Below are positions 33,448 to 42,577 of a DNA stretch of 53,394 nucleotides, piece after piece. The stretch is from NCBI GenBank assembly GCA_029863065.1, contig JAOTWE010000001.1, forward strand, positions 1 to 53,394. Direction: 5' to 3'. Below the pieces are notes generated by a model. That model was not told the origin of the DNA, searched no databases, and saw only the letters and a list, made by a program, of their open reading frames with translations. The number at the start of each line of letters is the position of its first letter. Within the stretch, counting starts at the first letter, position 1. Origin of the DNA: Betaproteobacteria bacterium. GTDB taxonomy: Bacteria; Pseudomonadota; Gammaproteobacteria; Burkholderiales; SG8-39. A program made the position numbers and the translations under genes.

Positions 33448-34749
33448 TCAGCCTCCTTGTGCGGCGCGGCGCTCCTGCGCGCGCCCGAGCGCCATGGACA
33501 GCAGCAGCCAGCCGAAGGCCGCCGGAATCGCGCAGGCGGCGATCGCCGCGAGCTTCAGGCCGAGCCCCTGCAGGCTGTCGAACACCCAGCCGTAGAGCGC
33601 ATCCGATCCCCGGAAGACGACGACGTCGACCAGGTTCTTCGCCTTGTACTTTTCCTCGCGCGACACCACGGTATAGAACACCTGCCGCGCCGGGTTGGCA
33701 ATGGCGAAGTTCATGGTGCGCTGGATCGCCTGGAAGAAAATCACCGCGGCGAGGCCGGGCGCGAGCGCCAGCACGGCGAAGGCGACGACGTAGACCGCGG
33801 GCAGCGCGGCCGCCGCCGGCGCCGTGCCGAAGCGCTTGAGGAAGCGCGCGGTGATGAAGGCCTGCGTCGTCAGCGTCAGCAGGCCGACCGCGAGGTCGAT
33901 GCCGGCGAACAGGCGCGTCTGCTGCGCCGGGTCGTGCAGCGTCGTCGAGACGATGTGCGCCTGCTGGAAATAAAGGAACGTGCCGCCGAAAGACAGCAGG
34001 CTCACCCAGGCGGCGATGCCGAGGAGGTAGGGCGAGCGCGCGACCTCGGCGAGGCCGGCGAAGGCGCTGCCGCCGATGCGGTCGGTTTGTGCCGCGGGCG
34101 GGGCCTGGCTGGGCGCGCCGTGCGCCGCCCGCTCCAGCCGGTACGCGCACAGCACGGCGAATTCGAGGAACAGGGCGGCGACGAGCAGCAGGTTGACCGG
34201 GCCGAGCGGCACCGAGAGCCCGATCGTGACGGTGGGGCCGAGCAGCGCGCCGGCGGTGCCGCCGGCGCCGATGAAGCCGAACAGGCGCTTGCCCTGCTCG
34301 CTCGAAAACAGGTCGGCCATGAACGACCAGAAGACGACCACCGCGAACAGGTTGAAGACGCTCACCCAGACGAAGAACACGCGCGCCACCTGCGCTTCGG
34401 CGACGCGCAGCGTCAGCAGCAGCCAGAAGATCGCGAGGTTGGCGACGAAGAAGTGATAGACGATGGGAATGAAGCGCGCGCGCGGCAGGCGCGCGACCAG
34501 CGCGCCGTAGAGCGGCTGGGCGAGGAGCAGCACGACGAAGGTCGCCGTGAACAGCCACGGCAGGTTGCGCACGCCGCCGGCGATGCCCATCTGGTCGCGA
34601 AGCGGCCGCAGCACGTAGTAGCCGGCCAGCAGCGAAAAGAAATACGCGAACGACCAGAGCAGCGCGGCACGTTCCGCCGGCGCGACCGGCACCGCGCGCG
34701 CCACCCAGCGGTGCAGGGCCGGCGCCGGCGTGCTGCCGCTCGGGGTCAT
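33448..34749 (-). CDS. AAA-family (TLC / ATP:ADP-antiporter-like) transporter homologue, often annotated as MFS
   Basis: 433 aa, polytopic. FAYFFSLLAGYYVLRPLRDQMG and VFWSFMADLFSSEQGKRLFGFIGAGGTAG parallel the Rickettsia/Chlamydia Tlc blocks ([39 protein letters not shown]), recalled from memory. Confidence 0.7.
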   Translation of the reverse strand: MTPSGSTPAPALHRWVARAVPVAPAERAALLWSFAYFFSLLAGYYVLRPLRDQMGIAGGVRNLPWLFTATFVVLLLAQPLYGALVARLPRARFIPIVYHFFVANLAIFWLLLTLRVAEAQVARVFFVWVSVFNLFAVVVFWSFMADLFSSEQGKRLFGFIGAGGTAGALLGPTVTIGLSVPLGPVNLLLVAALFLEFAVLCAYRLERAAHGAPSQAPPAAQTDRIGGSAFAGLAEVARSPYLLGIAAWVSLLSFGGTFLYFQQAHIVSTTLHDPAQQTRLFAGIDLAVGLLTLTTQAFITARFLKRFGTAPAAAALPAVYVVAFAVLALAPGLAAVIFFQAIQRTMNFAIANPARQVFYTVVSREEKYKAKNLVDVVVFRGSDALYGWVFDSLQGLGLKLAAIAACAIPAAFGWLLLSMALGRAQERRAAQGG

Positions 34750-34784
34750 GCCGGTAGAATATACAGGTGCCCGGAGGTGGACCC

Positions 34785-35297
34785 ATGAAGACTTTCGCTC
34801 CTGCCTTGGTGGCTATCGTTCTGGCGGCGTGCGCCGCGACCGAGCCATCCCGCGACCCGGCCGACAAGGCGGCGCAGGCCGCCACGGCGCCGCTCAGCGA
34901 CCTGAACCTGGTGCGAGCCAATATCCCGCCGCCGCTGGTGGCTGCGCTGAAAGCGCCTTATGCGCGGCCGGCCGACGGGGCCTGCGCCGGCCTGACGGCG
35001 GAGGTCGAGGCGCTCGACGTCGTTCTCGGCACCGACCTCGACGCCGCGGACTCGGCGTCGAATCCAAGCGTGATCGAGCGCGGCGTGACCGCCGTCGGCG
35101 ACGCCGCGATCGGCGTGGTGCGCGGCGCCGCCGAAGGCGTGGTGCCCATGAGAAGCTGGGTACGAAAGCTGAGCGGCGCGGAGCGCCATTCGAAGGAAGT
35201 CGCCGCGGCGGTGGCCGCGGGCGTCGTGCGCCGCTCGTTCCTCAAGGGACTCGGCGACGCCGGCGGCTGCGAGGCGCCCGCCGCGCCGCGACGCTAG
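34785..35297 (+). CDS. hypothetical lipoprotein
   Basis: The ATG at 34785 follows GGAGGTGG. The lipobox is LAAC within MKTFAPALVAIVLAACA. No family recognised. Confidence 0.6.
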   Translation: MKTFAPALVAIVLAACAATEPSRDPADKAAQAATAPLSDLNLVRANIPPPLVAALKAPYARPADGACAGLTAEVEALDVVLGTDLDAADSASNPSVIERGVTAVGDAAIGVVRGAAEGVVPMRSWVRKLSGAERHSKEVAAAVAAGVVRRSFLKGLGDAGGCEAPAAPRR

Positions 35298-36166
35298 AAG
35301 CGCGGCCGGAAGGCGCCGCCGCGGCCCTCGATGCGGCAGGCGAAGGGCGCGCCGAAATGCGCCGGCATCAGGAGCGCGCCGCCGGCGCAGTGCTCGAGCG
35401 CCTTGCGCCGGCTGGCGCGGGCGTTGACGGTATCGGCGCAGGCGGCGCTGTTCCACTCCGGGTGGTAGACCTGCAGCGCGTGGTGCAGGATGTCGCCGCA
35501 AAAGAGCGCCCGCTGGCCGCGCGACTCCAGGTGGATGGCGATTGTGCCCGGCGTGTGGCCCGGCGCCGGCTCGACCGAAAGGCTTTCATCCAGCGCCGTG
35601 GCGCCCGAAACCATCTGCGCGAGGCCGGCTTCGACCACCGGCAGGATCGAGTCGCGGAACGCGCCCAGGGTGGCGGGCCCCTTCTGCGGATCGCGGTCGA
35701 TGGCGAGGTAGTGCTCGTAGTCCTCTTTGCTGAAGACGTAGCGCGCGTTGGGGAAGGTCGGCACCCAGCGGCCGTTCTCCAGGCGCGTGTTCCAGCCGAT
35801 GTGATCGACGTGCAGGTGCGTGCACATCACCATGTCGATCTGCTCCGGGCGCGCGCCGGCCGCCTCGAGGCGCTCGAGATAGGGCGTGTCCATCATGTTC
35901 CACATCGGCCGCATCGCGCGCGGCTTGTGGTTGCCGACGCAAGCGTCGATCAGGATGCGCTTGCCGCCGACGGTGAGCAGCCAGCTGTGGATGCTCAGCT
36001 TGAGCATCCCTGACGCGGGGTCGTAGTGATCGGGCGCGAGCCACTCGCGGTGCTCTTCGGCCACCGCTTCATCCCAGTCGGGAAAGAACTTGGCGGCCTT
36101 GAAATTCGGCTCGTAGGTTTCCTCGATCCGCGCCGCGACGGCGGCGCCGATGCGCAGCTCGGTCAT
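35294..36166 (-). CDS. MBL-fold metallo-hydrolase (lactonase-like)
   Basis: 290 aa. The metal motif is THLHVDHIGWN, and later His/Asp ligands are present. Confidence 0.85.
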   Translation of the reverse strand: MTELRIGAAVAARIEETYEPNFKAAKFFPDWDEAVAEEHREWLAPDHYDPASGMLKLSIHSWLLTVGGKRILIDACVGNHKPRAMRPMWNMMDTPYLERLEAAGARPEQIDMVMCTHLHVDHIGWNTRLENGRWVPTFPNARYVFSKEDYEHYLAIDRDPQKGPATLGAFRDSILPVVEAGLAQMVSGATALDESLSVEPAPGHTPGTIAIHLESRGQRALFCGDILHHALQVYHPEWNSAACADTVNARASRRKALEHCAGGALLMPAHFGAPFACRIEGRGGAFRPRF

Positions 36167-36573
36167 GGCCGGGCCGGCTTTTCGGCGAGGATCTTCCTGG
36201 CGATGCGAAAGCTGTCCAGCGCCGCCGGCGCGCCGCAGTAGGTGGCGACGTGGATGAAGATTTCCTTGATCTCGCGCTTGGTGATGCCGTTCCGGAGCGC
36301 GGCGCGCAGGTGGATCTCCAGCTCGTGCGGGCGGTTCAACGCCGAGATCATGGCGAGGTTCATGATCGAGCGGGTCTTCAGCGGCAGCACGCCGCGCGCC
36401 CAGCTCGCGCCCCAGCCGTGCTCGGTGACGTAGTGCTGCAGGTCGATCGTGAAGTCGTCGGCCTCGCGGAACGCCTTGTCGACGTAGGCCTTGCCGAGCC
36501 AGCGGCGCCGGATCTTGAGCCCCTCCGCGTAGGCCTTGCTGCGCTTGAACGTCCTGCTGGTTGATTTCGCCAT
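36163..36573 (-). CDS. carboxymuconolactone decarboxylase (CMD/AhpD-like) family protein
   Basis: The ATG at 36573 starts the ORF, and an ATGA overlap links it to the MBL gene. CMD pattern: LKTRSIMNLAMISALNRPHELEIHLRAALRNGITKREIKEIFIHVATYCGAPAA. Confidence 0.85.
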   Translation of the reverse strand: MAKSTSRTFKRSKAYAEGLKIRRRWLGKAYVDKAFREADDFTIDLQHYVTEHGWGASWARGVLPLKTRSIMNLAMISALNRPHELEIHLRAALRNGITKREIKEIFIHVATYCGAPAALDSFRIARKILAEKPARP

Positions 36574-36620
36574 GTGCCGTTCCCTCAATTTTTCGCCGGG
36601 GACCGCTACTATGCCGTCAA

Positions 36621-37892
36621 ATGCCTCGCTCCGGCACCCGCCATCGCCTGGTCGAGGCGCTCGCCGCGCGCCTGCCGTTCCATTACGGCTGGGTGATTCT
36701 CGCCTGCGTCTGCGCGGCGGGGTTTTCGCGCCAGGGCTCGGCGGTGGCGACGCTCTCCATCTTCGTCGAGCCGATGACGCGCGAGTTCGGATGGTCACGC
36801 ACCGCGATCTCGGCGGCGGTGTCGGTGGGCGGGGTGCTCGGCGCGCTGGTCGCGCCGGCGATCGGCGTTTTTCTGGATCGCAACGGCGCGCGCGCCGTGC
36901 TGTGCCTCGCGGTGCTGCTCACGGGGATCTCGACGCTGCTCTTGTCCTTCACGCAGTCGCTCGCGTTCTTTTTCGTCTTCTACTGCATCGCGCGCATGAG
37001 CTTCGCCGGGCCCTACGACCTCGGCATCTACGGCTCGGTGGTCAACTGGTTCGTGCGGCGCCGCGCCTTTGCCACCTCGATCGCGACGCTGGCGCAGATG
37101 TCCGGGCTGGTGGCGATGCCGCTGATCGCGCATTTCGTCATGCAGGCGGCGGACTGGCGCGCCGCCTGGGTGGCGATCGGCGTCACCGTGCTGTTCATCG
37201 GTTTCGTGCCGACCTGGGTGCTGCACCTGCGCCGGCCCGAGGATCTCGGCCAGCGGCCCGACGGCGAGCGCGCGCCGCACGCGGCCGCGTCTGCCACGGC
37301 GGCCGCGCCCGAGCCCGCCTTCACGCGGGCAGAGGCGCTGCGCACGCCCGCGTTCTGGCTGCTCGCGCTGTTCACGCTCCTCGTCTACCCGGTGCAGTCC
37401 GGCATCAGCCTGCACCAGGCGCCGCTGCTCATCGAGCGCGGGCTCGACCCGACCGTGGCCGCGACGGCGGTCAGCACCTTTGCCCTGCTTTCGGCGCTCG
37501 CCGGCTTCGCCTACGGCTTCTGGCCGCGGCGCGTGCCGCTGCGCTTCGCGCTCGCGCTGGTGGGCGCGACGCTCGCGGCGAGCGTCGTGCTGATGAACCA
37601 GGTGCACGCCGCGCCGCTCGCCTACGGCGCCGCGGCGCTCTTCGGGCTGGGCATCGGCGGGCTGCTCACCATGCTGCCGATCGCCTGGGCGGATTATTTC
37701 GGGCGCTCGAGCTACGGCGCGATCCGCGGGGTTGCGCTCACCGTCCAGGTCGCGGCGCAGGCCGCGGGGCCGGTGCTCTCGGGGGCGCTGCGCGACGCGA
37801 GCGGCACCTACTCGTTGTCGCTCGCCACGTTCGCCGTGCTCGCCTTCGCCGGCAGCGCGGCGGCGCTGTTTGCCCGGCCGCCGGCGAAATAG
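36621..37892 (+). CDS. MFS transporter
   Basis: The ATG at 36621 starts the ORF. LPFHYGWVILACVCAAGFSRQGSAVATLSIFVEPM is followed by about 12 TM helices. Confidence 0.8.
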   Translation: MPRSGTRHRLVEALAARLPFHYGWVILACVCAAGFSRQGSAVATLSIFVEPMTREFGWSRTAISAAVSVGGVLGALVAPAIGVFLDRNGARAVLCLAVLLTGISTLLLSFTQSLAFFFVFYCIARMSFAGPYDLGIYGSVVNWFVRRRAFATSIATLAQMSGLVAMPLIAHFVMQAADWRAAWVAIGVTVLFIGFVPTWVLHLRRPEDLGQRPDGERAPHAAASATAAAPEPAFTRAEALRTPAFWLLALFTLLVYPVQSGISLHQAPLLIERGLDPTVAATAVSTFALLSALAGFAYGFWPRRVPLRFALALVGATLAASVVLMNQVHAAPLAYGAAALFGLGIGGLLTMLPIAWADYFGRSSYGAIRGVALTVQVAAQAAGPVLSGALRDASGTYSLSLATFAVLAFAGSAAALFARPPAK

Positions 37893-37933
37893 GGCGTGCC
37901 CCGGGTCAAGGCTGCGCTAAAGTCGGGCGAATC

Positions 37934-39013
37934 ATGCGCAAGCCCTCGCGCAACCTGCTCATCGTGGTCGCGGTACTCGCCGCGGCGATCGCCTTTGCGG
38001 CGTACGAAGTGCGCCAGCGCGCGCTGTATCTCAGCGAGGAGGACGCGCGCATCCGCGCCGACATGGTCACGGTCTCGAGCCGCGTTGCGGGCTGGATCAC
38101 GCTTCGCCCGGTGACCGAGGGCCAGGCGGTCGAGGCCGGGGCGGTGCTGGTCACCATCGACCAGCGCGATGCCGAGCAGGCGCTCGTGGAGCTCGCCGCG
38201 CAGCGCGACGCGGTGCTCGCCGACAAGACGCGCCTCGCGGCCGATACCGATTTGGCGCGGGCGCAGACCGGCACCCGTCTGCAATCGGCGAACGCCGAGC
38301 TGGAATCGGCGCGCGTCACCGTGTCGAGCCTCGAGCCGCAACTCAAGCTCGCGCAGAACGATTTCGCGCGCGCCCGGCGCCTGTTCGAGCAGAAGATGGC
38401 TTCGCAGGCGGCGCGCGACCAGTCCGAGACGCAGCTGCAGCGCACCGAGCGCGAGTACCGCATGGCCAAGGCGCAGCTGCAAAGCGCCGAGGCCAAGGTG
38501 CAGGAGGCCGCCGCGGAGCGCGCGCGGCTCGAGGTGCTCGCCGCGCAAATGACGGTGCTCGACCTGCGCGCCGCCGAGTTCGACGCCAGGATCCGCCGCC
38601 AGCGCCTCGATCTCGAGGACCGCACCGTGAAGAGCCCCCTGAAGGGCGTCATCGACCGCACGTTCGTGGAGCCCGGCGAATACGTAGGCCCCGGCCAGCG
38701 GCTGCTGCTGATGCACGATCCGGCCGTGGTGTGGGTCGAGGTCAACGTCAAGGAGACGCAGCTGCGCCGCCTCGCCCTCGGCCAGAAGGTGCGGGTGCAC
38801 GTCGATGCCTATCCCGACGACGATTTCGAGGGCGCGATCGAGAGGATCGGCAACGCCGCCACCAGCACCTTCGCGCTCCTGCCGACGCCCAACCCGAGCG
38901 GCAACTTCACCAAGATCACGCAGCGCGTGCCGGTGAGGATCGCCATCGCGCAGCGCGAAGGCAGGCTGCGCCCGGGGATGATGGTGGAGGTGAAGATTGC
39001 CACCGGCGGCTGA
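37934..39013 (+). CDS. HlyD/EmrA-family membrane fusion protein
   Basis: The ATG at 37934 starts the ORF. It has an N-terminal TM anchor, coiled-coil repeats and the C-terminal NPSGNFTKITQRVPVRI motif typical of EmrA. Confidence 0.9.
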   Translation: MRKPSRNLLIVVAVLAAAIAFAAYEVRQRALYLSEEDARIRADMVTVSSRVAGWITLRPVTEGQAVEAGAVLVTIDQRDAEQALVELAAQRDAVLADKTRLAADTDLARAQTGTRLQSANAELESARVTVSSLEPQLKLAQNDFARARRLFEQKMASQAARDQSETQLQRTEREYRMAKAQLQSAEAKVQEAAAERARLEVLAAQMTVLDLRAAEFDARIRRQRLDLEDRTVKSPLKGVIDRTFVEPGEYVGPGQRLLLMHDPAVVWVEVNVKETQLRRLALGQKVRVHVDAYPDDDFEGAIERIGNAATSTFALLPTPNPSGNFTKITQRVPVRIAIAQREGRLRPGMMVEVKIATGG

Positions 39014-40568
39014 GGCGAGCCTCGCGCCCGGCGAGCGCGGCGGCGCCGCCGCGCGCTGGCTGGTCATCATCGGCGGCCTGCTCGGCGCCATGTCGACGGT
39101 GCTCTCGGCAACCATGGTCAACGTCGCGGTGCCCAGTGTCATGGGCGCGTTCGGCGTCGGCCAGGACCTGGCGCAATTCGCGGCCACCGCGTTCCTCGCC
39201 ACCATGGTGGCGAGCCAGCTGCTGAACACCTGGGCGGTGCGGGCCTTCGGCCTGCGCACCTCGTTTTGCGTCGCGCTCGCCATCTTCGTCGCCGGCTCGC
39301 TCGTCTGCGCGGGCGCGCCCAACATCGAGACGCTCATCTTCGGGCGCATCCTGCAGGGCTTCTCGGCGGGCCTGGTGCAGCCGCTGGTGTTCGCCGCGGT
39401 GGTCGCCGCGTTCCCGCCCGAGCGGCGCGGCATGGCGGTCGGCATCTACGGCATGGCGGTGACGCTCGCGCCGAGCTTCGGCCCGTGGTTCGGCGGCCTG
39501 GCGATCGACGCGTTCAGCTGGCGGCAGATGTTCCTCGTGCCGCTGCCGCTGGTCGCGGTGGCGTTCTTCATGGGCCTGCTGACCATGCCGACGACCAAAT
39601 TCTCCTGGCGGCTGCCGGCGTTCGACTGGGCGGGCTATGCGCTGGTATCGGTGGCGCTGCTGTGCGTGATGAGCGCCATCGGCAACGGCGCGCGCTGGGG
39701 CTGGTCCGCCGACCTGACGGTGAGCCTGTTCGTCGCCGGCGTCGCCGCGGCGCTGCTGTTCATGCACACGCAGCGGCGGGCGGCCAATCCGCTGCTCGAC
39801 GTCAGCCTGTTCGCCGACCTGCGCTTCACCTCGGCGATGTTCATCGCCTTTGCCTTCGGCGCCGGCAATTTCGCCACCAACTACGCCATCCCGCTGTTCA
39901 TGCAGACGGTGCAGGGCTTCACCGCCACCGACGCCGGCGCGGTGCTGGTGCCCGCGGGCGTGCTGCTCGTGGTGCTGATTCCGCTCTCCGGAAGGCTCGC
40001 CGACACGCTGCCCTCGCACGTGCCGATCATGGCGGGGTGTGTGCTGTTCGCGCTCGCCGCGTACCTGCTCTCGGACGCCGACGTCAACACCGCGTTCTGG
40101 AAGCTCGCCGTCTTCGCCGTCATCAGTCGCGTGGCGCTGGGCCTCGTGATGCCCAACATGGGCAAGGTGGCGATGAGCACCGTGCCCGCGGACAAGTTGC
40201 ACCAGGCGGCCGGCACCTACAACTTCATCCGCCAGCTGGGAGGCGCGCTCGGCGTCATCCTCACCGCGGTCGCGCTCGAGCTGCAGACTGCGCGCCACGC
40301 GGATCTCATCACCGCCACGCAGACCCCGGACAACGCGCAGAGCATGGAGCTGCTCGCGCGCCTGGGCGAGCTGCTGCATCGCAGCGGCGTGCCTGAGGCG
40401 GTGCTGCGGCCCGGTGCGCTCCACTACCTGGGGCAGGTGATCTACGCGCAGGCGCGCACTCTGGGCTTCCAGGACGCGTTCTTCTACATCTTCTTTGCGT
40501 TCGTGCTGGCGCTGATTCCAGCGTGGCTGCTCGGGCGGGCGGGGCGGGCGGCGCCGCCGGCGGCGTAG
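38997..40568 (+). CDS. DHA2-family MFS efflux permease (EmrB/QacA type, 14 TM)
   Basis: 523 aa. STVLSATMVNVAVPSVMGAFGV is present. The start overlaps the end of the MFP gene. Confidence 0.9.
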   Translation: MPPAAEASLAPGERGGAAARWLVIIGGLLGAMSTVLSATMVNVAVPSVMGAFGVGQDLAQFAATAFLATMVASQLLNTWAVRAFGLRTSFCVALAIFVAGSLVCAGAPNIETLIFGRILQGFSAGLVQPLVFAAVVAAFPPERRGMAVGIYGMAVTLAPSFGPWFGGLAIDAFSWRQMFLVPLPLVAVAFFMGLLTMPTTKFSWRLPAFDWAGYALVSVALLCVMSAIGNGARWGWSADLTVSLFVAGVAAALLFMHTQRRAANPLLDVSLFADLRFTSAMFIAFAFGAGNFATNYAIPLFMQTVQGFTATDAGAVLVPAGVLLVVLIPLSGRLADTLPSHVPIMAGCVLFALAAYLLSDADVNTAFWKLAVFAVISRVALGLVMPNMGKVAMSTVPADKLHQAAGTYNFIRQLGGALGVILTAVALELQTARHADLITATQTPDNAQSMELLARLGELLHRSGVPEAVLRPGALHYLGQVIYAQARTLGFQDAFFYIFFAFVLALIPAWLLGRAGRAAPPAA

Positions 40569-40577
40569 CCGGAACCG

Positions 40578-41432
40578 CTACAGGCGCGCGAGCAGACGCG
40601 CCCAGCCCTCGTCCACTTCACGCTGCAACGTTGCCACGACGCCCTCGTCGAGCTCGCGGTAGCGGCGCTGCCCCTCGAGGTAATCGCGCACCGGCCGCGA
40701 CTTGTGCGGCTCGTTGAGCGTGAAGCGGTACCCGTCCTCCACCTCGTAAAGTGGGAACACGCCCGTCTGCACCGCAAGGCGCGCGAGCGCGATACCCTGG
40801 TCCTCGGGCACGCCCCAGCCGTCGAGGCAGGGAACGAGCAGCGTGATGAGGCGCATGCCGCGGATCGCCCTGGCCTTTTCCACCTTGCGCAGCAGATCCG
40901 GCAGGAAGCCCGAGCTCGCAGTGGCGGCGTAGGGGATTTCGTGCGCCGCCATGATGGCGGTGAGGTTCTTCTTGCGCGTCGGCTTGCCGGCGGGCGTCGA
41001 GCCGGTGCGCGCGAAGTGCGGCGTCGAGGACGACTTCTGCGCGCCAGTGTTCATGTAGCCCTCGTTGTCGAAGCAGACGTAGAGGATGTTTTCGTTCCTC
41101 TCGGCGGCGGAAGACAGCGCCTGGAAGCCGATGTCGTAGGTGCCGCCGTCGCCCGCGAACACCACCACCTGCGTGTCCTTCTTGCCGAGCGCATCGAGCG
41201 CGCGCCGCAGGCCCGAGGCCGAAGCGGCGGACGTGGCGAGCGCCGGCTGGTACACCGGGATGCGCAGGCCCGAGAGCGGCTGCGGCCCGGCCATGATCGC
41301 GAGGCACGAAGGCGGAATCACCGCCACCGTGTCGGGGCCGAGCGCGCCGAGCACGTGGCGCAGCGACAGCGCCTCGACGCAGCCCGGGCAGGCGGCGTGC
41401 CCGGAACAGAGCAGGTCGGTCATCAGGCCCAT
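40578..41432 (-). CDS. 2-oxoacid:ferredoxin oxidoreductase beta (TPP-binding) subunit
   Basis: CPGCVEALSLRHV, GDGGTYDIGFQALS and ENILYVCFDNEGYMNTG form the TPP-binding motif context. Confidence 0.9.
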   Translation of the reverse strand: MGLMTDLLCSGHAACPGCVEALSLRHVLGALGPDTVAVIPPSCLAIMAGPQPLSGLRIPVYQPALATSAASASGLRRALDALGKKDTQVVVFAGDGGTYDIGFQALSSAAERNENILYVCFDNEGYMNTGAQKSSSTPHFARTGSTPAGKPTRKKNLTAIMAAHEIPYAATASSGFLPDLLRKVEKARAIRGMRLITLLVPCLDGWGVPEDQGIALARLAVQTGVFPLYEVEDGYRFTLNEPHKSRPVRDYLEGQRRYRELDEGVVATLQREVDEGWARLLARL

Positions 41433-42577
41433 ACGGCCTCCGGCACGATGTCCTCGATGCGCGCGCCCCGCGCGAGCTCAGCGATCATCGCCGCCGACAC
41501 GTTGACCCCGCCCACCCCCGCCAGCACGCCGCGCACGTCCGGCGCGTGCTTCATGCCGTAGAGCGCGCCGCGCAGCTCCTGGTGCAGCACGCCGCCGGCG
41601 CCGGGCGAGAAATTGCGGTCGAGCACCAGCACGTCGCGCACGCCGGCGAGCGCCGCGCGCAGCTCGGCCGCCGGCAGCGGCCGGAACAGGCGCACCTTGA
41701 GCAGGCCCGCCGCAATGCCGGCCTCGCGCAGCGCGTCGACCGCTTCGCGCGCGGTGCCGCACATGCTGCCGAGGCTGACGATGACCAGATCGGCGCCCTC
41801 GCAGCGGTAGCGCTCGGTGATGCCCCAACCCCGGCCGGTGAGTGCCTGCCATTCGCGATCGGCTTCCGCGGCGACCTCCGGCACGCGCGCCATGGCCTCG
41901 CCGAGGCTCTTGCGATGGCGGCGGTACATGTCCTGGGTGACGACGTTGCCCCACGATTCGCCGCGTTCGGGATCGAGGAAATGCTCGGGCGCGTAGGCGG
42001 GCAGGTAGGCATCCACCAGCGCCTGCGGCGGCACGTGCACCGGCTCGAGCGCATGCGAGACGTAAAACGCGTCGAGATTGAGCATCACCGGCAGGCTCAC
42101 TGCTTCGGCGATGCGGAACGCCTGCAGCACCGTGTCGAGCGCCTCCTGCGCCGACTCGACGTACAGCTGCACCCAGCCGGTGTCGCGCTGCGCGAGGCTG
42201 TCGGTCTGGTCGGGCCAGAAGGCCCAGGGCGAAGCCACGGTGCGGTTGACGTTCGCCATCACGATCGGCGCGCGTGCACCACTCGCGTAATGCAGCAGCT
42301 CGTGCATCAGCATCAGGCCCTGCGAGGCGGTGGCGGTGAACACGCGCGCGCCGGCGAGCGACGCCGGGATGCACGCCGCCATCACCGAGTGCTCGGATTC
42401 GGGCGTGAGGAACTCCGCGTCGAGACCACCGGCGGCCTGGAACTCGGTGAGGAGCTCGAGCACCGGCGTTTGCGGCGTGATCGGGTACACCGGCACCACC
42501 TTCGGGCGCGCAAGGCGCGCGCCCCAGGCGACGGCGTGGTTGCCAGTGAGCAGCGAGCGCGTCTCGGCGGCGCTCAT
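41423..42577 (-). CDS. 2-oxoacid:ferredoxin oxidoreductase alpha subunit
   Basis: The ATG at 42577 starts the ORF with an ATGA overlap. Motifs: LLTGNHAVAWGARLARPKVVPVYPITPQT and ESEHSVMAACIPASLAG. Confidence 0.9.
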   Translation of the reverse strand: MSAAETRSLLTGNHAVAWGARLARPKVVPVYPITPQTPVLELLTEFQAAGGLDAEFLTPESEHSVMAACIPASLAGARVFTATASQGLMLMHELLHYASGARAPIVMANVNRTVASPWAFWPDQTDSLAQRDTGWVQLYVESAQEALDTVLQAFRIAEAVSLPVMLNLDAFYVSHALEPVHVPPQALVDAYLPAYAPEHFLDPERGESWGNVVTQDMYRRHRKSLGEAMARVPEVAAEADREWQALTGRGWGITERYRCEGADLVIVSLGSMCGTAREAVDALREAGIAAGLLKVRLFRPLPAAELRAALAGVRDVLVLDRNFSPGAGGVLHQELRGALYGMKHAPDVRGVLAGVGGVNVSAAMIAELARGARIEDIVPEAVWA

